In this document: piece by piece, positions 46,287 through 55,963 of the stretch
Layout of the letters: each line of letters starts with the position of its first letter
Position numbering within the stretch: the stretch's first letter is position 1
NCBI GenBank assembly: GCA_050331815.1
Contig: JBHJGM010000016.1
Location: 65,653 to 129,652 of the forward strand
DNA: 64,000 nt
Direction: 5' to 3'
From: Opitutales bacterium
GTDB taxonomy: Bacteria; Verrucomicrobiota; Verrucomicrobiia; Opitutales; JBHJGM01
Notes under the pieces: model-generated
Told to the model about the DNA's origin: nothing
What the model saw: only the letters and a program-made list of their open reading frames with translations
Database searches by the model: none
Made by a program: the position numbers and the translations under genes

Positions 46287-46307
46287 AAGCACTAAGCACT
46301 AAGCACT
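46287..46307 (+). repeat. heptamer AAGCACT x3 immediately upstream of a start codon
   Basis: AAGCACTAAGCACTAAGCACT is followed by AAAAAAC and then the ATG at 46315. Related CACCAAG and AAGTAC motifs lie just upstream. Confidence 0.8.
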
Positions 46308-46314
46308 AAAAAAC

Positions 46315-47265
46315 ATGATCCGCATTGGAGTCATCGGAGCCGGCAAAAACGGCCAGGGACACGTCAGAAAATTCACCGAGCTGAACGACCGCTGCCAGGT
46401 CGTCGCGGTTGCCGATCCGCAAACCGCCCTGGCCGAGCAAGCCGCCGCCCTTGCCCCGGGCGCCAAAGCCGTCGATGATTGCCAACAGTTTCTCGACGAT
46501 GTCGATATGGTCGTCATCTCCTCACCCAACTGGATGCACGTGGACCACCTGACGCAGGTGGTCGCCGCCGGCAAACACGTCTGGGTGGAGAAACCTGTGG
46601 CCGTCAATCGCGCCGAATCCGAGCGCGCCCTGAAGATTCTGGAAGGCAGCGATGTGAAGTCCTTTGTCGGGGTCTCCGTGCGCTTCGGCTGGAAGCACCG
46701 TGTCCTGCAGCGCTACCTCAAGGAGGGCAAGCTCGGCGAGCCGATCAATGCCTTTTCGCGCAGGCTGCATTTCTACCCGCCCGGCACCCTCGATGGCTGG
46801 CGTGGCGACGCCGAGCGCTCCGGCGGCGTCATCCACGAGCTCATCACGCACGAGCTCGACTGGATCACCTGGCTTTTCGGCCCGCCCAAACGCGCGCACT
46901 GCCACGCCTACTCCCTCAAAAAGGACCACCCACGGGCCAACGATTACGTCAGCATCCTGATGGGCTTCGACGGCGGGGTCAGCGGCTCCATCGAAGGCAG
47001 CCACGCCGCCACCGCCCCCGAGTTTCGCGTCGGCATCATGGGGCGCGAAGCCGCTCTCTACACTGACCAGTGGAGCCGCTACCTGTATTTCCAAAAGGCC
47101 AACGAAAAGAGCGCCGTCCAGCTCGACGAAGAGCCCGACTTCAACAAACACGCGCACTTCCTCGACGCCATCGAAGGCAAGGTCACCTGCGAAGCCGATG
47201 GCATCCACGGCTGCAAGCTCGCGCTGCTCATCGAGGATATGCTCGATGAAAACAGCCGAACTTGA
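46315..47265 (+). CDS. Gfo/Idh/MocA family oxidoreductase
   Basis: MIRIGVIGAGKNGQGH is a Rossmann N-terminus, and VEKPVA is present. The length is typical. Confidence 0.9.
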   Translation: MIRIGVIGAGKNGQGHVRKFTELNDRCQVVAVADPQTALAEQAAALAPGAKAVDDCQQFLDDVDMVVISSPNWMHVDHLTQVVAAGKHVWVEKPVAVNRAESERALKILEGSDVKSFVGVSVRFGWKHRVLQRYLKEGKLGEPINAFSRRLHFYPPGTLDGWRGDAERSGGVIHELITHELDWITWLFGPPKRAHCHAYSLKKDHPRANDYVSILMGFDGGVSGSIEGSHAATAPEFRVGIMGREAALYTDQWSRYLYFQKANEKSAVQLDEEPDFNKHAHFLDAIEGKVTCEADGIHGCKLALLIEDMLDENSRT

Positions 47266-47285
47266 AGCTAACTACGTAGCAACGC

Positions 47286-48134
47286 CTAGCCGGCGCGATC
47301 CATCGCCTCCGGCGTCTGTGTATCGTGACCTTCCGAAGCCCGCACCACGTCGATGCCATGGCGCAAGAGGCGCTGATGCGTTTCTTCGGGCAGGTAATCG
47401 TCAGTCACCACTGTGTGAGCCAGTTCCGGCAGGGCCTGCTGGGTTATATCCAGGCGACTGAGATCGCCGCTTTCGGCCAGCAATACGTTACGCTCCGAGG
47501 ATCGCATCATCGCCTTGTTGATGCGATCCAGGCTGTGACGCGCCGCGGATGAACGCGTCTGCCCGACTTGCAGACTCAGGAAATAGCAATCCGAGTGCAG
47601 GCGCGTGAAAAAGGCCTCCGCCTCCGCGCCGCGAAACGTCAACAGTTCCGAGTCCAGGACCCCGCCACAACTGAAGACCTCTTGGTCCGCGTTGCGCCGG
47701 GCCAGTAGCGCCAGCATGCCCAGGCTTGGGCTGGCCAGCCGCAACTCACTGTGGTGCAGCAAGTTCGGGATTCGACGCGTGATCGGGCCATCCTCCAACA
47801 CGAGGGTCTGCCCGTCGCGCACGTACAATTCCACCGCGCGGCGCGCGATGCTCAAACGACGTTCGTCAACGCGCGGATCGTCAACTGAGGGGTCCGCAGT
47901 CATCTGATGACGCCCGGAAAAGCCCTGCAGATTGAAGTTGGTGGAGAGCGCGCCACCGCGCGTGCGTTTGATCAGGCTGTTGTCTTCGAGCCAGGCAAGG
48001 TCGCGCCAGAGAGTCATCGGCGAGACATCGAGTTTTTGCAGCAGCGCACCAGTCGTAACGTTTCCGTCCGCTTCAACCCATTCCAGGATCTGGCGCCGCC
48101 GCTCCTCCGATAGGAGACGTCGGGGCTTTGGCAT
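47286..48134 (-). CDS. DeoR family transcriptional regulator
   Basis: The N-terminal HTH region is RRRQILEWVEADGNVTTGALLQKLDVSPMTLWRDLAWLE. The C-terminal domain is a DeoR-type sugar-phosphate-binding domain. The start is set at MPKPRRL (ATG 48134..48132). Confidence 0.85.
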   Translation of the reverse strand: MPKPRRLLSEERRRQILEWVEADGNVTTGALLQKLDVSPMTLWRDLAWLEDNSLIKRTRGGALSTNFNLQGFSGRHQMTADPSVDDPRVDERRLSIARRAVELYVRDGQTLVLEDGPITRRIPNLLHHSELRLASPSLGMLALLARRNADQEVFSCGGVLDSELLTFRGAEAEAFFTRLHSDCYFLSLQVGQTRSSAARHSLDRINKAMMRSSERNVLLAESGDLSRLDITQQALPELAHTVVTDDYLPEETHQRLLRHGIDVVRASEGHDTQTPEAMDRAG

Positions 48135-48389
48135 ATCGAGATAAGTAGGAGTTTTTGTCGTGAACCAGGGTAACAGCCAGTACGGCGCGGGGCAGCGCCG
48201 GTGACTCCGACTCAAAGCAGGCAAGCAACCACCTGCTTCTACGAAACACTAACCCTCCCGCGATCACGCCAGCAATACTTTTTATACCACGCGCACGCTC
48301 AAATATGATTTTTTTACGGCTTTTGTTAACGCCTCGTTAACAGTGGCCTATGCATGAAAATGAACTACTTTTCCCACCGTGCGCAAAGC

Positions 48390-48881
48390 CTAATTGACGC
48401 ATCCCAAATACCCCGCGTAATCCAGCGGCTGTCCCAGGCGGCAGCGTCCCTGAATGGCCTCCGGGAAGAAGCGCACCTGGGCCAGCGCCGCCGCGTCGAG
48501 CCAGCGTACGGCCACCTGCCGCGTGTCCGGGCTTTGCGCTTGCGCTTGGCCATTGAGCTCGCCCTCCAGCTCGCCCGCAAAAACCACCTCCACCTGGTGA
48601 AATCGGCGGTGCGCCGGGTTGTCGTGACGGGCCCCGATGTAATCGCGCACGTACAAAAGCGCGCCGATGCGTATATTCAGCCCGGTTTCTTCCAAAGCTT
48701 CGCGCCGTGCCGCCTCCGCCAGCGATTCGCCATGGTGCTGCCCGCCACCCGGCAAAATGTAGAAGTCACCCCGCGCATCGCGCATGTGAATCGCCAGCAG
48801 CTTGCTTTCGTGCTGCACCACGACCCGAGCCGCCACCCGCACCGGCGGGGCACCTCCTGCATGATAATCCGGTGGCAACAT
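48390..48881 (-). CDS. NUDIX hydrolase
   Basis: The Nudix box GGGQHHGESLAEAARREALEETGL is present. The start is uncertain (ATG 48881 or the upstream codon at 48944). Confidence 0.8.
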   Translation of the reverse strand: MLPPDYHAGGAPPVRVAARVVVQHESKLLAIHMRDARGDFYILPGGGQHHGESLAEAARREALEETGLNIRIGALLYVRDYIGARHDNPAHRRFHQVEVVFAGELEGELNGQAQAQSPDTRQVAVRWLDAAALAQVRFFPEAIQGRCRLGQPLDYAGYLGCVN

Positions 48882-49050
48882 CCAGACGTCATCCAAACCG
48901 CTACCAAACCCATGGGGCAAGGCCTCAAATGAGCCCGAGAGCAAGTTCCCGCCCCTGATTCAATTTGCGAAGTCGCTGGATATGAGCTTGAAAGGTTCTT
49001 TGACGGAACCCGCCGCGCTCTTTCCTGACTGACCACCCATTCGCTCCTCG

Positions 49051-49809
49051 GTGGACCTTTATTTTCAAAAACTCCTTTCTCGGCTGCTCGTTGTAACGAC
49101 GACGGCCTTTTTGCTTGGCGCTCTGCCTGTCTTGGAACTCGGCGCGCGCCCGCTTTCCCTGACGCTACGAACCGATAGCCCGCCCGACGCTGCAGCGTCC
49201 GACGTTTCCGAGCCGTCTGCCGCACTTCCCAGCGATGCCGGCAACGCAGCGGATGCCTCGCTGGACACCTCGCCTAATTACCGTTTGCGCGCCTTCGACT
49301 ACATCCGCATGACCATGACCTACGAAAACAACATGGTCACCCTTAGCCGCCTCGACCAGGACGGCCGGATTATCGTCCCGTTTTTGGGCACGGTCGAGGT
49401 CGCCGGCATGTCGATCTTCGAGGTCGAGACCGAGCTCGAGCGCCGCTATTTCGAAGGCGACTTTTTCCAAAAGCCGGATGTCTCCATCGACGTGATTCAA
49501 TACGCCGACCGTCGCGTCAAGGTCCTCGGCTCCATCACCAGTCCGGGGCTCTACAACTTTCCTCACGAGAAAGACATGACCCTGAGCAGCGTTGTCAGTC
49601 GAGCCGGCGGTGTCGGCCCTGTGGGCGACCCGCGCAAAATCTCTTTGATCCGCACCCTGCCTTCCGGAGGGCGCGTCACCACGCGCTACGATTTGCGCGA
49701 CATCGTCCAGCGCGGCAAGGAGGATCCCGTCCTGATGTCCGGCGATATCATTTTTGTCCCAGAGGACCCCTTCCTCGTCCACTACGGCGGCGCCACCGGC
49801 GAACGCTGA
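49051..49809 (+). CDS. polysaccharide export protein (Wza-like Poly_export + SLBB domains)
   Basis: It has a GTG start and an N-terminal hydrophobic segment. YRLRAFDYIRM..., DGRIIVPFLGTVEVAGMS..E.E.EL and VKVLGSITSPGLYNF...GDIIFVPE are typical. Confidence 0.8.
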   Translation: MDLYFQKLLSRLLVVTTTAFLLGALPVLELGARPLSLTLRTDSPPDAAASDVSEPSAALPSDAGNAADASLDTSPNYRLRAFDYIRMTMTYENNMVTLSRLDQDGRIIVPFLGTVEVAGMSIFEVETELERRYFEGDFFQKPDVSIDVIQYADRRVKVLGSITSPGLYNFPHEKDMTLSSVVSRAGGVGPVGDPRKISLIRTLPSGGRVTTRYDLRDIVQRGKEDPVLMSGDIIFVPEDPFLVHYGGATGER

Positions 49810-49856
49810 GGTTTTTATTCGCTCGATTGACTGCGGTGAACGCAGTGGGCTCAGAC

Positions 49857-50912
49857 TCAGCCCAGCTCCGCCGCCACCTGCTCAATGGTCGAGCGCAGCG
49901 CCCAGACCACCTCGGCAAACGGCCCGTAGGTCAGACGGTCGGCGGTGTCACTCACCCGGTGGTAGTGGCGCGAACGCACATAAGCCGTGTCCGTCACAAT
50001 CAGTCCGGGTATGTCGAACTGCCAGTAGGCCCAGTCATCTGACCAGCCCCGCCCCATCGTCGGGAACGCACGCGTAATCCCCCGCACGGTGCCATTCTTT
50101 GCATAAGCGCGGTGCACTTGCTTCAAGAACCCCCGCGAATCCCGGTTGCTCATAAAGGCAACGTAATCGCCCGCCTTCGGAAAGAGCGCCCGCATAGCCA
50201 GGCGCCGCAGCCAGCTCTGCGCATCCAGGGCATCCGCATCACGCGCGCGATACGTCCCCAGGGTGTCCAGCGCGATGGCCCCGCAAATCTGTTCATCTCC
50301 CGCGGACAGCTGCTTGGCGTGGTGGTAGCTGCCCATGCCTTCTGCGAAAAATTCCGCGCCCGCCTTGTCGGCTTCTGCCCACCCATTCCGGAAAAACGGA
50401 TACTCCTCGTTCGCCCAGGCCACCAGCCGCACGGTGATCGGCAGCCGGGACTGGCGCAGCCCATGCGCCAGCGCCAGCAACGTCGCGATGCCCGAGCCGT
50501 TGTCGTTGGCCCCGGGTGTGTCCTGAAACTCGCGTACCGCCGCCGGCTGCCCTTCCCACTCAAAGCACGGCACCGTGCCCTGCTGCGAGGCCATGCCTAC
50601 CCGCGAATCATAGTGCGCCCCAACAATCAGCACGCGCTCCGGATGCGCCTGCCCAGGGAAATCAACAATCAGGTTACGACAACGGTGCGTGCCAACCTCC
50701 CGCTGGGCGTTGCGCCAAAAACATGCCTGGTACGGCTCTGTCTGCACCGGCAAACCAGCGGCCTCCAGCTCCGCCTGAACGTACGCCGCCGCCCCGTCCA
50801 AACCCTCGGGATTCCAGACATGCCGCCGCGGGTAACCCTCCGTTAAGCCACGCACCTTCGCTTCCAAATACGCCTCCAGCGACGCGAGATCTCCAAAAGG
50901 TTGATGGCTCAT
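49857..50912 (-). CDS. M28 family metallopeptidase
   Basis: VGAHYDS, GANDNGSGIATLLALA and WANEE metal-ligand motifs are present. Confidence 0.85.
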   Translation of the reverse strand: MSHQPFGDLASLEAYLEAKVRGLTEGYPRRHVWNPEGLDGAAAYVQAELEAAGLPVQTEPYQACFWRNAQREVGTHRCRNLIVDFPGQAHPERVLIVGAHYDSRVGMASQQGTVPCFEWEGQPAAVREFQDTPGANDNGSGIATLLALAHGLRQSRLPITVRLVAWANEEYPFFRNGWAEADKAGAEFFAEGMGSYHHAKQLSAGDEQICGAIALDTLGTYRARDADALDAQSWLRRLAMRALFPKAGDYVAFMSNRDSRGFLKQVHRAYAKNGTVRGITRAFPTMGRGWSDDWAYWQFDIPGLIVTDTAYVRSRHYHRVSDTADRLTYGPFAEVVWALRSTIEQVAAELG

Positions 50913-51453
50913 ACGGAAAGATGATTAAGGTGTTTGAGTATCCGATAATGCAGCGCGGAGCACCCTGCAAGCAATCGCCATTGCTCGGGACACCGCTCAG
51001 CCGGCGAAATCGAACTGCCTTCGCGCGGGTGCTAAAACACGCGGTTGAAACACGCCGCCAATGAATCTGGAAAGTCCCTATGGAGGGATGAAACAGGTGT
51101 ACTGTCATCTACTTAAGTGTACGTATCGCTAATTAATAATGACAGATCATTTCCGTTATTCGCTTGACATGACAAGTAGCTGAAGTGTGATCTGTTTCAG
51201 CCATTAGCAACTGCTATGGAACGGCCCCTACCTCCTTGATGGAGGTTTCTATCTCGTAATCTCAACTCCACGCTTACCCTCGGCATGCGCCGGGTCTTTT
51301 CCGTTTTCAGGCTTCGGCCTCAACGGATACGGCTCCGCCAGTGCTGTTAGTTTTTGCTACTTCGTAATTGGCAAACGCTGCTGTCTCCCTGAACCCCGCT
51401 TTCGCTGATCCTCGGCGAAATCAAAGACATAAACGCAACTACTAAGTCTCAAA

Positions 51454-54400
51454 ATGTATCCTACTAAGTCATATCCCACCTTCATGGATTGGCGGTTGTC
51501 CGTCCGGTCCCTGTCCGCTTCCCGCCTGCGCGTGCTGCGCTGGCTGTTCCTGTTGCTGCTACCCTCGATGCTTCAGGGCGCGGACACGCCTGTCTCTTAC
51601 GGCCTGGGCGGCTACGCCTACTATGATGCGCCTCGCTTCGGCAACTTCCTCTGGAATGAAAGCCGCAACTGGCGCGACCAGGCCACCAACCAGACCATCC
51701 ACCGCTTCAACCCGGATGGTTCCGACAACGCGCAGATCAACAGCCTCGGCTTCCCCACCTTTCTGAACTCGGGGCAGGTTCTGGTCGCCAAGCCCGGACA
51801 AAACGCCGTGCCTCAAACCCGCCAGCTCTTTGAGGGGCAGTTCGTACTCGAATGGCAGGGTGCCGCCGACATTCGCGTCGTGGGCCATTCTTTCGTTGCC
51901 TCCAAATCCAACACCGGCTCCACCGGCGTGAAAAACAACGGACGGCGCGTCTACAAGGTCAACACCAGCAACGCCAACGGCGTCGAGGTACAGATTCACG
52001 CGCTCGGGGGCAGCCAGCTCACCGGCATTCAGTTGTGGATGCCCGACCCCTCCGACCCGCAGAACAAATCCCTCGAAGACAAGACCTTCCACCCGGCCTT
52101 CTTGGACCTCATCGCCGACCGCAACTGGCGCGCCCTGCGTTTCATGGACTGGGGCAAGACCAACGCCAGCCCGCAGCGCAACTGGTCGGACCGACGGCGG
52201 CCCGCCGACTGCTTCGCCAGCGGCATCATCAACCGGCGCAGCCCTGCCGAGGGCCTCGTCTGGTACGTCAATGGCGCCGGGCAAAACGTCTACTTCGCAG
52301 GCGACCGCCGCACCGGCATCGCCTACGAGCACATGATCGCCCTGTGCAACCAGACCGCTCGCGACATGTGGGTCTGCGTGCCGCACCTGGCCACCGACGA
52401 CTACATCAACAAACTCTGCAATCTCATCGCCTACGGCTCCGACGGCAGCACCCCCTACACCAGCCCGCAGGCCAACCCGGTCTATCCTCCGCTCAACGCC
52501 AACCGTAAGGTCTACTTCGAGTTCTCCAACGAAATCTGGAGCAACGGAGGCAACTTTCCGCAAGGCAACTGGGCTCAGGACCAGGCCAACCAGCAGGGCA
52601 TTTCCAAGCCTCAGTTCAACGCGCGGCAGTTCTCGAAGATCTGGAACCGGCTCGAAGCGCGCATCGGTGCCAGCCGGGTCATCCGCACCGCCGCCATCTG
52701 GACCGGCAGCGAAAACTACACCCGCGCCTTCATCGACGAGTTCTACAACAACTCCAGCCTGCTCAAGCCCGAGAACATCTCACCCACGACCTACTACGGC
52801 CAGGGCATTCAATTCTGGGTGCACGACAACTTCCCGAATCTGCCCGGCAGCCCCAACGACCCGTATTGGAGCAGCGCGCAGTTTGCAGCCGACAAGCAAG
52901 CCACCTTCGACCAGTGGAATTTCTTCGTGCTGTCGGGTACCAAGTACGGCAACGCTGGTAACACCGGCCCGGACAACATCGGTAACTTCCCCGCCTACGT
53001 CACTGACGTCGCCCAGGAGCGCAACCTCGACATGATCGCCTACGAAGGCGGGCCCTCGCTCTACACCGATGCCCTCGATGTCGGCGGCAGCGCCGATGAC
53101 GGCATCACCACCTTCGTCATGGATCTGAACCGCGAGCCGCGCTTTGCCGATATCTACGACATCGTGCTCAACCAGTCCTTCGAGCGTGGACTCAAGGCTC
53201 ACTCGCTCTTCACCGACGTCAGCAAGTGGGGCAAATTCGGGCAATGGGGGCACAACGAATACCTCGGCCAGGACCTGAACACCTCGGTCAAGTGGCAGCT
53301 GATTCGCCAGGCCTTCGACGAGCACAACAGCTTCACCCACATCTTCGACACCCCCCAGGGCAGCCGCCCGAGCTTCTCGACGCCCGCCGTCCTGCCCGGC
53401 GTCGAAGTCGGTAACAGCGTCAATCAGACCATCGCTATCTCAGGCGGCAACGGCACGCGCACGGTCGACCTCATCGGCAAGTCGCTGGTCGACGGCCTGA
53501 GCTTCAACCTTAACCAACTGCGCCTCTCCGGCACGCCCACCGAAAGCGGCTCCAGTTTCGTTTACCTGCGCGTGCACGACAGCGATGGCGACGTGAACTG
53601 GCGCAACTTCAGCCTCCTGTCGATTCAGCGCTCGGCCTATCCCAAAAAGACGATCGACTTCGAGAACCAGACGGTCAGCACCCACGGCGTAGGCGAGCCC
53701 GAGCCCATGACCTTTGGCGCCTACGCGTTCACCTCCAACAACGGCAGCTCCCTCTACATCAACGCGCCCTCGGGTGGCCCCTGGCCCGCCGGCTGGCCCA
53801 GCAAGGTCCTGCACGGAAGAAACTGGGGCACCTCGCTCTACCTGGCGCGCACCGACGGCAACCCCTTCGACCTCACCGAGTTCGATGCCGGGACCAATGC
53901 CGGCGAAAGCCTCGAACTCACCGTCACCTACGCGGATGGCAGCAGCGAGATCGCCATCTACGATCTGCCCAAGCAAGTCGGCCTGACCCTCATCGAGCCT
54001 GACTTCGTCGGCATCGTCGAGGCGCGCTTCCAGTTCAAACAGAATAGCGGTGGCCAGGGTGACAATCGCTACGGCGCCATCGACAACGTCGTGCTCAATG
54101 GCATCGCCCCCGGCGGCGGCGGCAGCGGCGGCGGAGGCAGCAACGAAGGCCCCCGTTACCAGGCCGAAAACGCCACCGTCACCGGAGCGCAGGTAAAAAC
54201 CGGCGGCAACGCCAATGGCGGCAGCTACGTCGACTTCCAAAGCGCCGGCGACCGCATCGAGTTCACCTCCGTCGACATGGCCTCCGCCGGCAATGTCACG
54301 GTGACCATGCGCTACGCCAACGGCCGCCAATGGGGCTCGGGTACGGACGTATACGTCAACGGCTCCTTCGCCAAAACCGTCTATGACTCACCCACCGGCA

Positions 54401-54528
54401 GCTGGACCACCTGGCAAAACAAAACCTTCTCGCTCAACCTGAGCGCGGGGACCAACGTGATTCGCCTCCAGGCCCGCTACAGCCACAGCCCGAACATCGA
54501 TTACCTCGATGTGCCCGGAGGCAGCTGA
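51454..54528 (+). CDS. 1024-aa secreted protein: same unassigned TIM-barrel-like module as 30954..35120 + Ig-like domain + beta-sandwich + Gly/Ser linker + CBM6/CBM35-like module
   Basis: It has a signal peptide. RFMDWGKTNASPQ, YFEFSNEIWSNGGNFPQGNWAQDQAN and IAYEGGPS are present. The linker is GGGGSGGGGS. The C-terminal YQAENATVTGAQV...GSYVDF...NVIRLQA...PNIDYLDV is CBM6/35-like. Confidence 0.8.
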   Translation: MYPTKSYPTFMDWRLSVRSLSASRLRVLRWLFLLLLPSMLQGADTPVSYGLGGYAYYDAPRFGNFLWNESRNWRDQATNQTIHRFNPDGSDNAQINSLGFPTFLNSGQVLVAKPGQNAVPQTRQLFEGQFVLEWQGAADIRVVGHSFVASKSNTGSTGVKNNGRRVYKVNTSNANGVEVQIHALGGSQLTGIQLWMPDPSDPQNKSLEDKTFHPAFLDLIADRNWRALRFMDWGKTNASPQRNWSDRRRPADCFASGIINRRSPAEGLVWYVNGAGQNVYFAGDRRTGIAYEHMIALCNQTARDMWVCVPHLATDDYINKLCNLIAYGSDGSTPYTSPQANPVYPPLNANRKVYFEFSNEIWSNGGNFPQGNWAQDQANQQGISKPQFNARQFSKIWNRLEARIGASRVIRTAAIWTGSENYTRAFIDEFYNNSSLLKPENISPTTYYGQGIQFWVHDNFPNLPGSPNDPYWSSAQFAADKQATFDQWNFFVLSGTKYGNAGNTGPDNIGNFPAYVTDVAQERNLDMIAYEGGPSLYTDALDVGGSADDGITTFVMDLNREPRFADIYDIVLNQSFERGLKAHSLFTDVSKWGKFGQWGHNEYLGQDLNTSVKWQLIRQAFDEHNSFTHIFDTPQGSRPSFSTPAVLPGVEVGNSVNQTIAISGGNGTRTVDLIGKSLVDGLSFNLNQLRLSGTPTESGSSFVYLRVHDSDGDVNWRNFSLLSIQRSAYPKKTIDFENQTVSTHGVGEPEPMTFGAYAFTSNNGSSLYINAPSGGPWPAGWPSKVLHGRNWGTSLYLARTDGNPFDLTEFDAGTNAGESLELTVTYADGSSEIAIYDLPKQVGLTLIEPDFVGIVEARFQFKQNSGGQGDNRYGAIDNVVLNGIAPGGGGSGGGGSNEGPRYQAENATVTGAQVKTGGNANGGSYVDFQSAGDRIEFTSVDMASAGNVTVTMRYANGRQWGSGTDVYVNGSFAKTVYDSPTGSWTTWQNKTFSLNLSAGTNVIRLQARYSHSPNIDYLDVPGGS

Positions 54529-54736
54529 ACGCCCTTGCACGGATTGCAACCGACCCAAGCGCCGACTCGGTAGCCGCAATCGGCCCGGGTAAAGCGCTGA
54601 GCACACGGCCGGGCCTTCGACCGCCATCGCCGCGGATTCGAGGGCCCGGCTTCTTTGCGGCCGCGCCGCCGCTCCCTCCACAAAAATCTGATTCCCGAAG
54701 GTTGCCAGCCGCCAAGAATATGCGCATACGTTCACT

Positions 54737-55963
54737 ATGTCCCTGCGCTCCCTGTTCATCGATTTCGACGCCTACTTCGCCAGCTGCGAGCAGCACCTGC
54801 AGCCCGAGCTACGCGGCCGCTCCGTCGGCGTGGCCCCCGTCCAGTCCCCCGGAGGCTCCTGCATCGCCGCCAGCTACGAGGCCCGCGCCCACGGCATCAA
54901 GGTCGGCACCCGCGTGGCCGAAGCCCGCGAGCGTTGCCCCGGCATCGCCATCGTGCCTTCGCGCCCGGAGCTCTACGTCAAGCTCCACCACGAGGTGAAG
55001 CGCATCATCGACAGCTGCATGTACGTCGAGAAAGTTTTCTCCATCGACGAGATGACCTGCCCGCTGACCGGTCGCTGGCGTCAACCCGACCAGGCCCTCA
55101 AGCTCGCCCGTCAGATCAAGGCGCGCCTGGCGGCCTTCGGGCCCGCGCTCAAGGCCTCCATCGGCCTTGCCCCCAACACCTGGCTCGCCAAGGTCGCCAC
55201 CGAGATGCGCAAGCCCAACGGCCTCGTCTTGCTCCAGGAGGCGGACCTGCCGCACGCGCTCGAAGGGCTCGCCCTGAAGGACCTGCCGATGATCGCCGAG
55301 GGCATGCGCCGCCGCCTCGCCTGCCAGAACGTTCACACCATCCGCCAGCTCTACGAGTTACCTATCGAGCGCATGCGCGCCATCTGGGGCGGCATCGACG
55401 GGGAACGCTTCTGGGGCTGGCTCCATGGCAAGGAAGTCCCCCCGGTGGAAACGCGCCGCCAGCACATGGGCCACAGCCGGGTGCTGCCCCCCGATCGCCG
55501 CAACCCGGCCGGCGTGCGCGCCACGCTCTTTCGACTCCTCCAGCGCGCCGCCATTCGACTGCGCGCCGAGGGCTACTACGCCGGCTGCCTGAACTTCCAA
55601 ATCCGCTTCTACAATGGCCACGAATGGGCCGACAAAATGACCCTCGCGCACACCCGCGAAACACCCGCCTTCATCGAGGCCCTGCGCACACTGTGGGAAC
55701 GCGTGCCTGCGGTCCTCTGGGGTGCCACCCCGCAAAGCTGCAGCATCATCCTCTGCGATCTGGAACCAGCCGCCAACCACACCCCCTCCCTCTTTCAACG
55801 CGCCGAAAAACGCGACGAAGCCCTTGCCAGCGCCCTGGACAACGTCACCCGGCGCTTCGGCCAAAAGAGCCTCTACTTCGGCTGCGCCCACGGCGGCTTC
55901 GACGAAGCCACCGCCGTCCGCATCGCCTTTAACCGCATCCCCAACCTCACCTTCGAAAACTAA
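54737..55963 (+). CDS. Y-family DNA polymerase (DinB/Pol IV-like)
   Basis: LFIDFDAYFASCEQ contains the catalytic Asp pair and SIDEMT contains the catalytic D-E. The helix-hairpin-helix-like block is GLAPNTWLAKVAT. Confidence 0.85.
   Translation: MSLRSLFIDFDAYFASCEQHLQPELRGRSVGVAPVQSPGGSCIAASYEARAHGIKVGTRVAEARERCPGIAIVPSRPELYVKLHHEVKRIIDSCMYVEKVFSIDEMTCPLTGRWRQPDQALKLARQIKARLAAFGPALKASIGLAPNTWLAKVATEMRKPNGLVLLQEADLPHALEGLALKDLPMIAEGMRRRLACQNVHTIRQLYELPIERMRAIWGGIDGERFWGWLHGKEVPPVETRRQHMGHSRVLPPDRRNPAGVRATLFRLLQRAAIRLRAEGYYAGCLNFQIRFYNGHEWADKMTLAHTRETPAFIEALRTLWERVPAVLWGATPQSCSIILCDLEPAANHTPSLFQRAEKRDEALASALDNVTRRFGQKSLYFGCAHGGFDEATAVRIAFNRIPNLTFEN

Noticed and set aside
48325-48341. GTTAAC-N5-GTTAAC as a DeoR autoregulatory operator
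   Set aside because: These are only two short self-palindromic hexamers ~190 nt upstream of the regulator start. That is too little information to separate them from chance.
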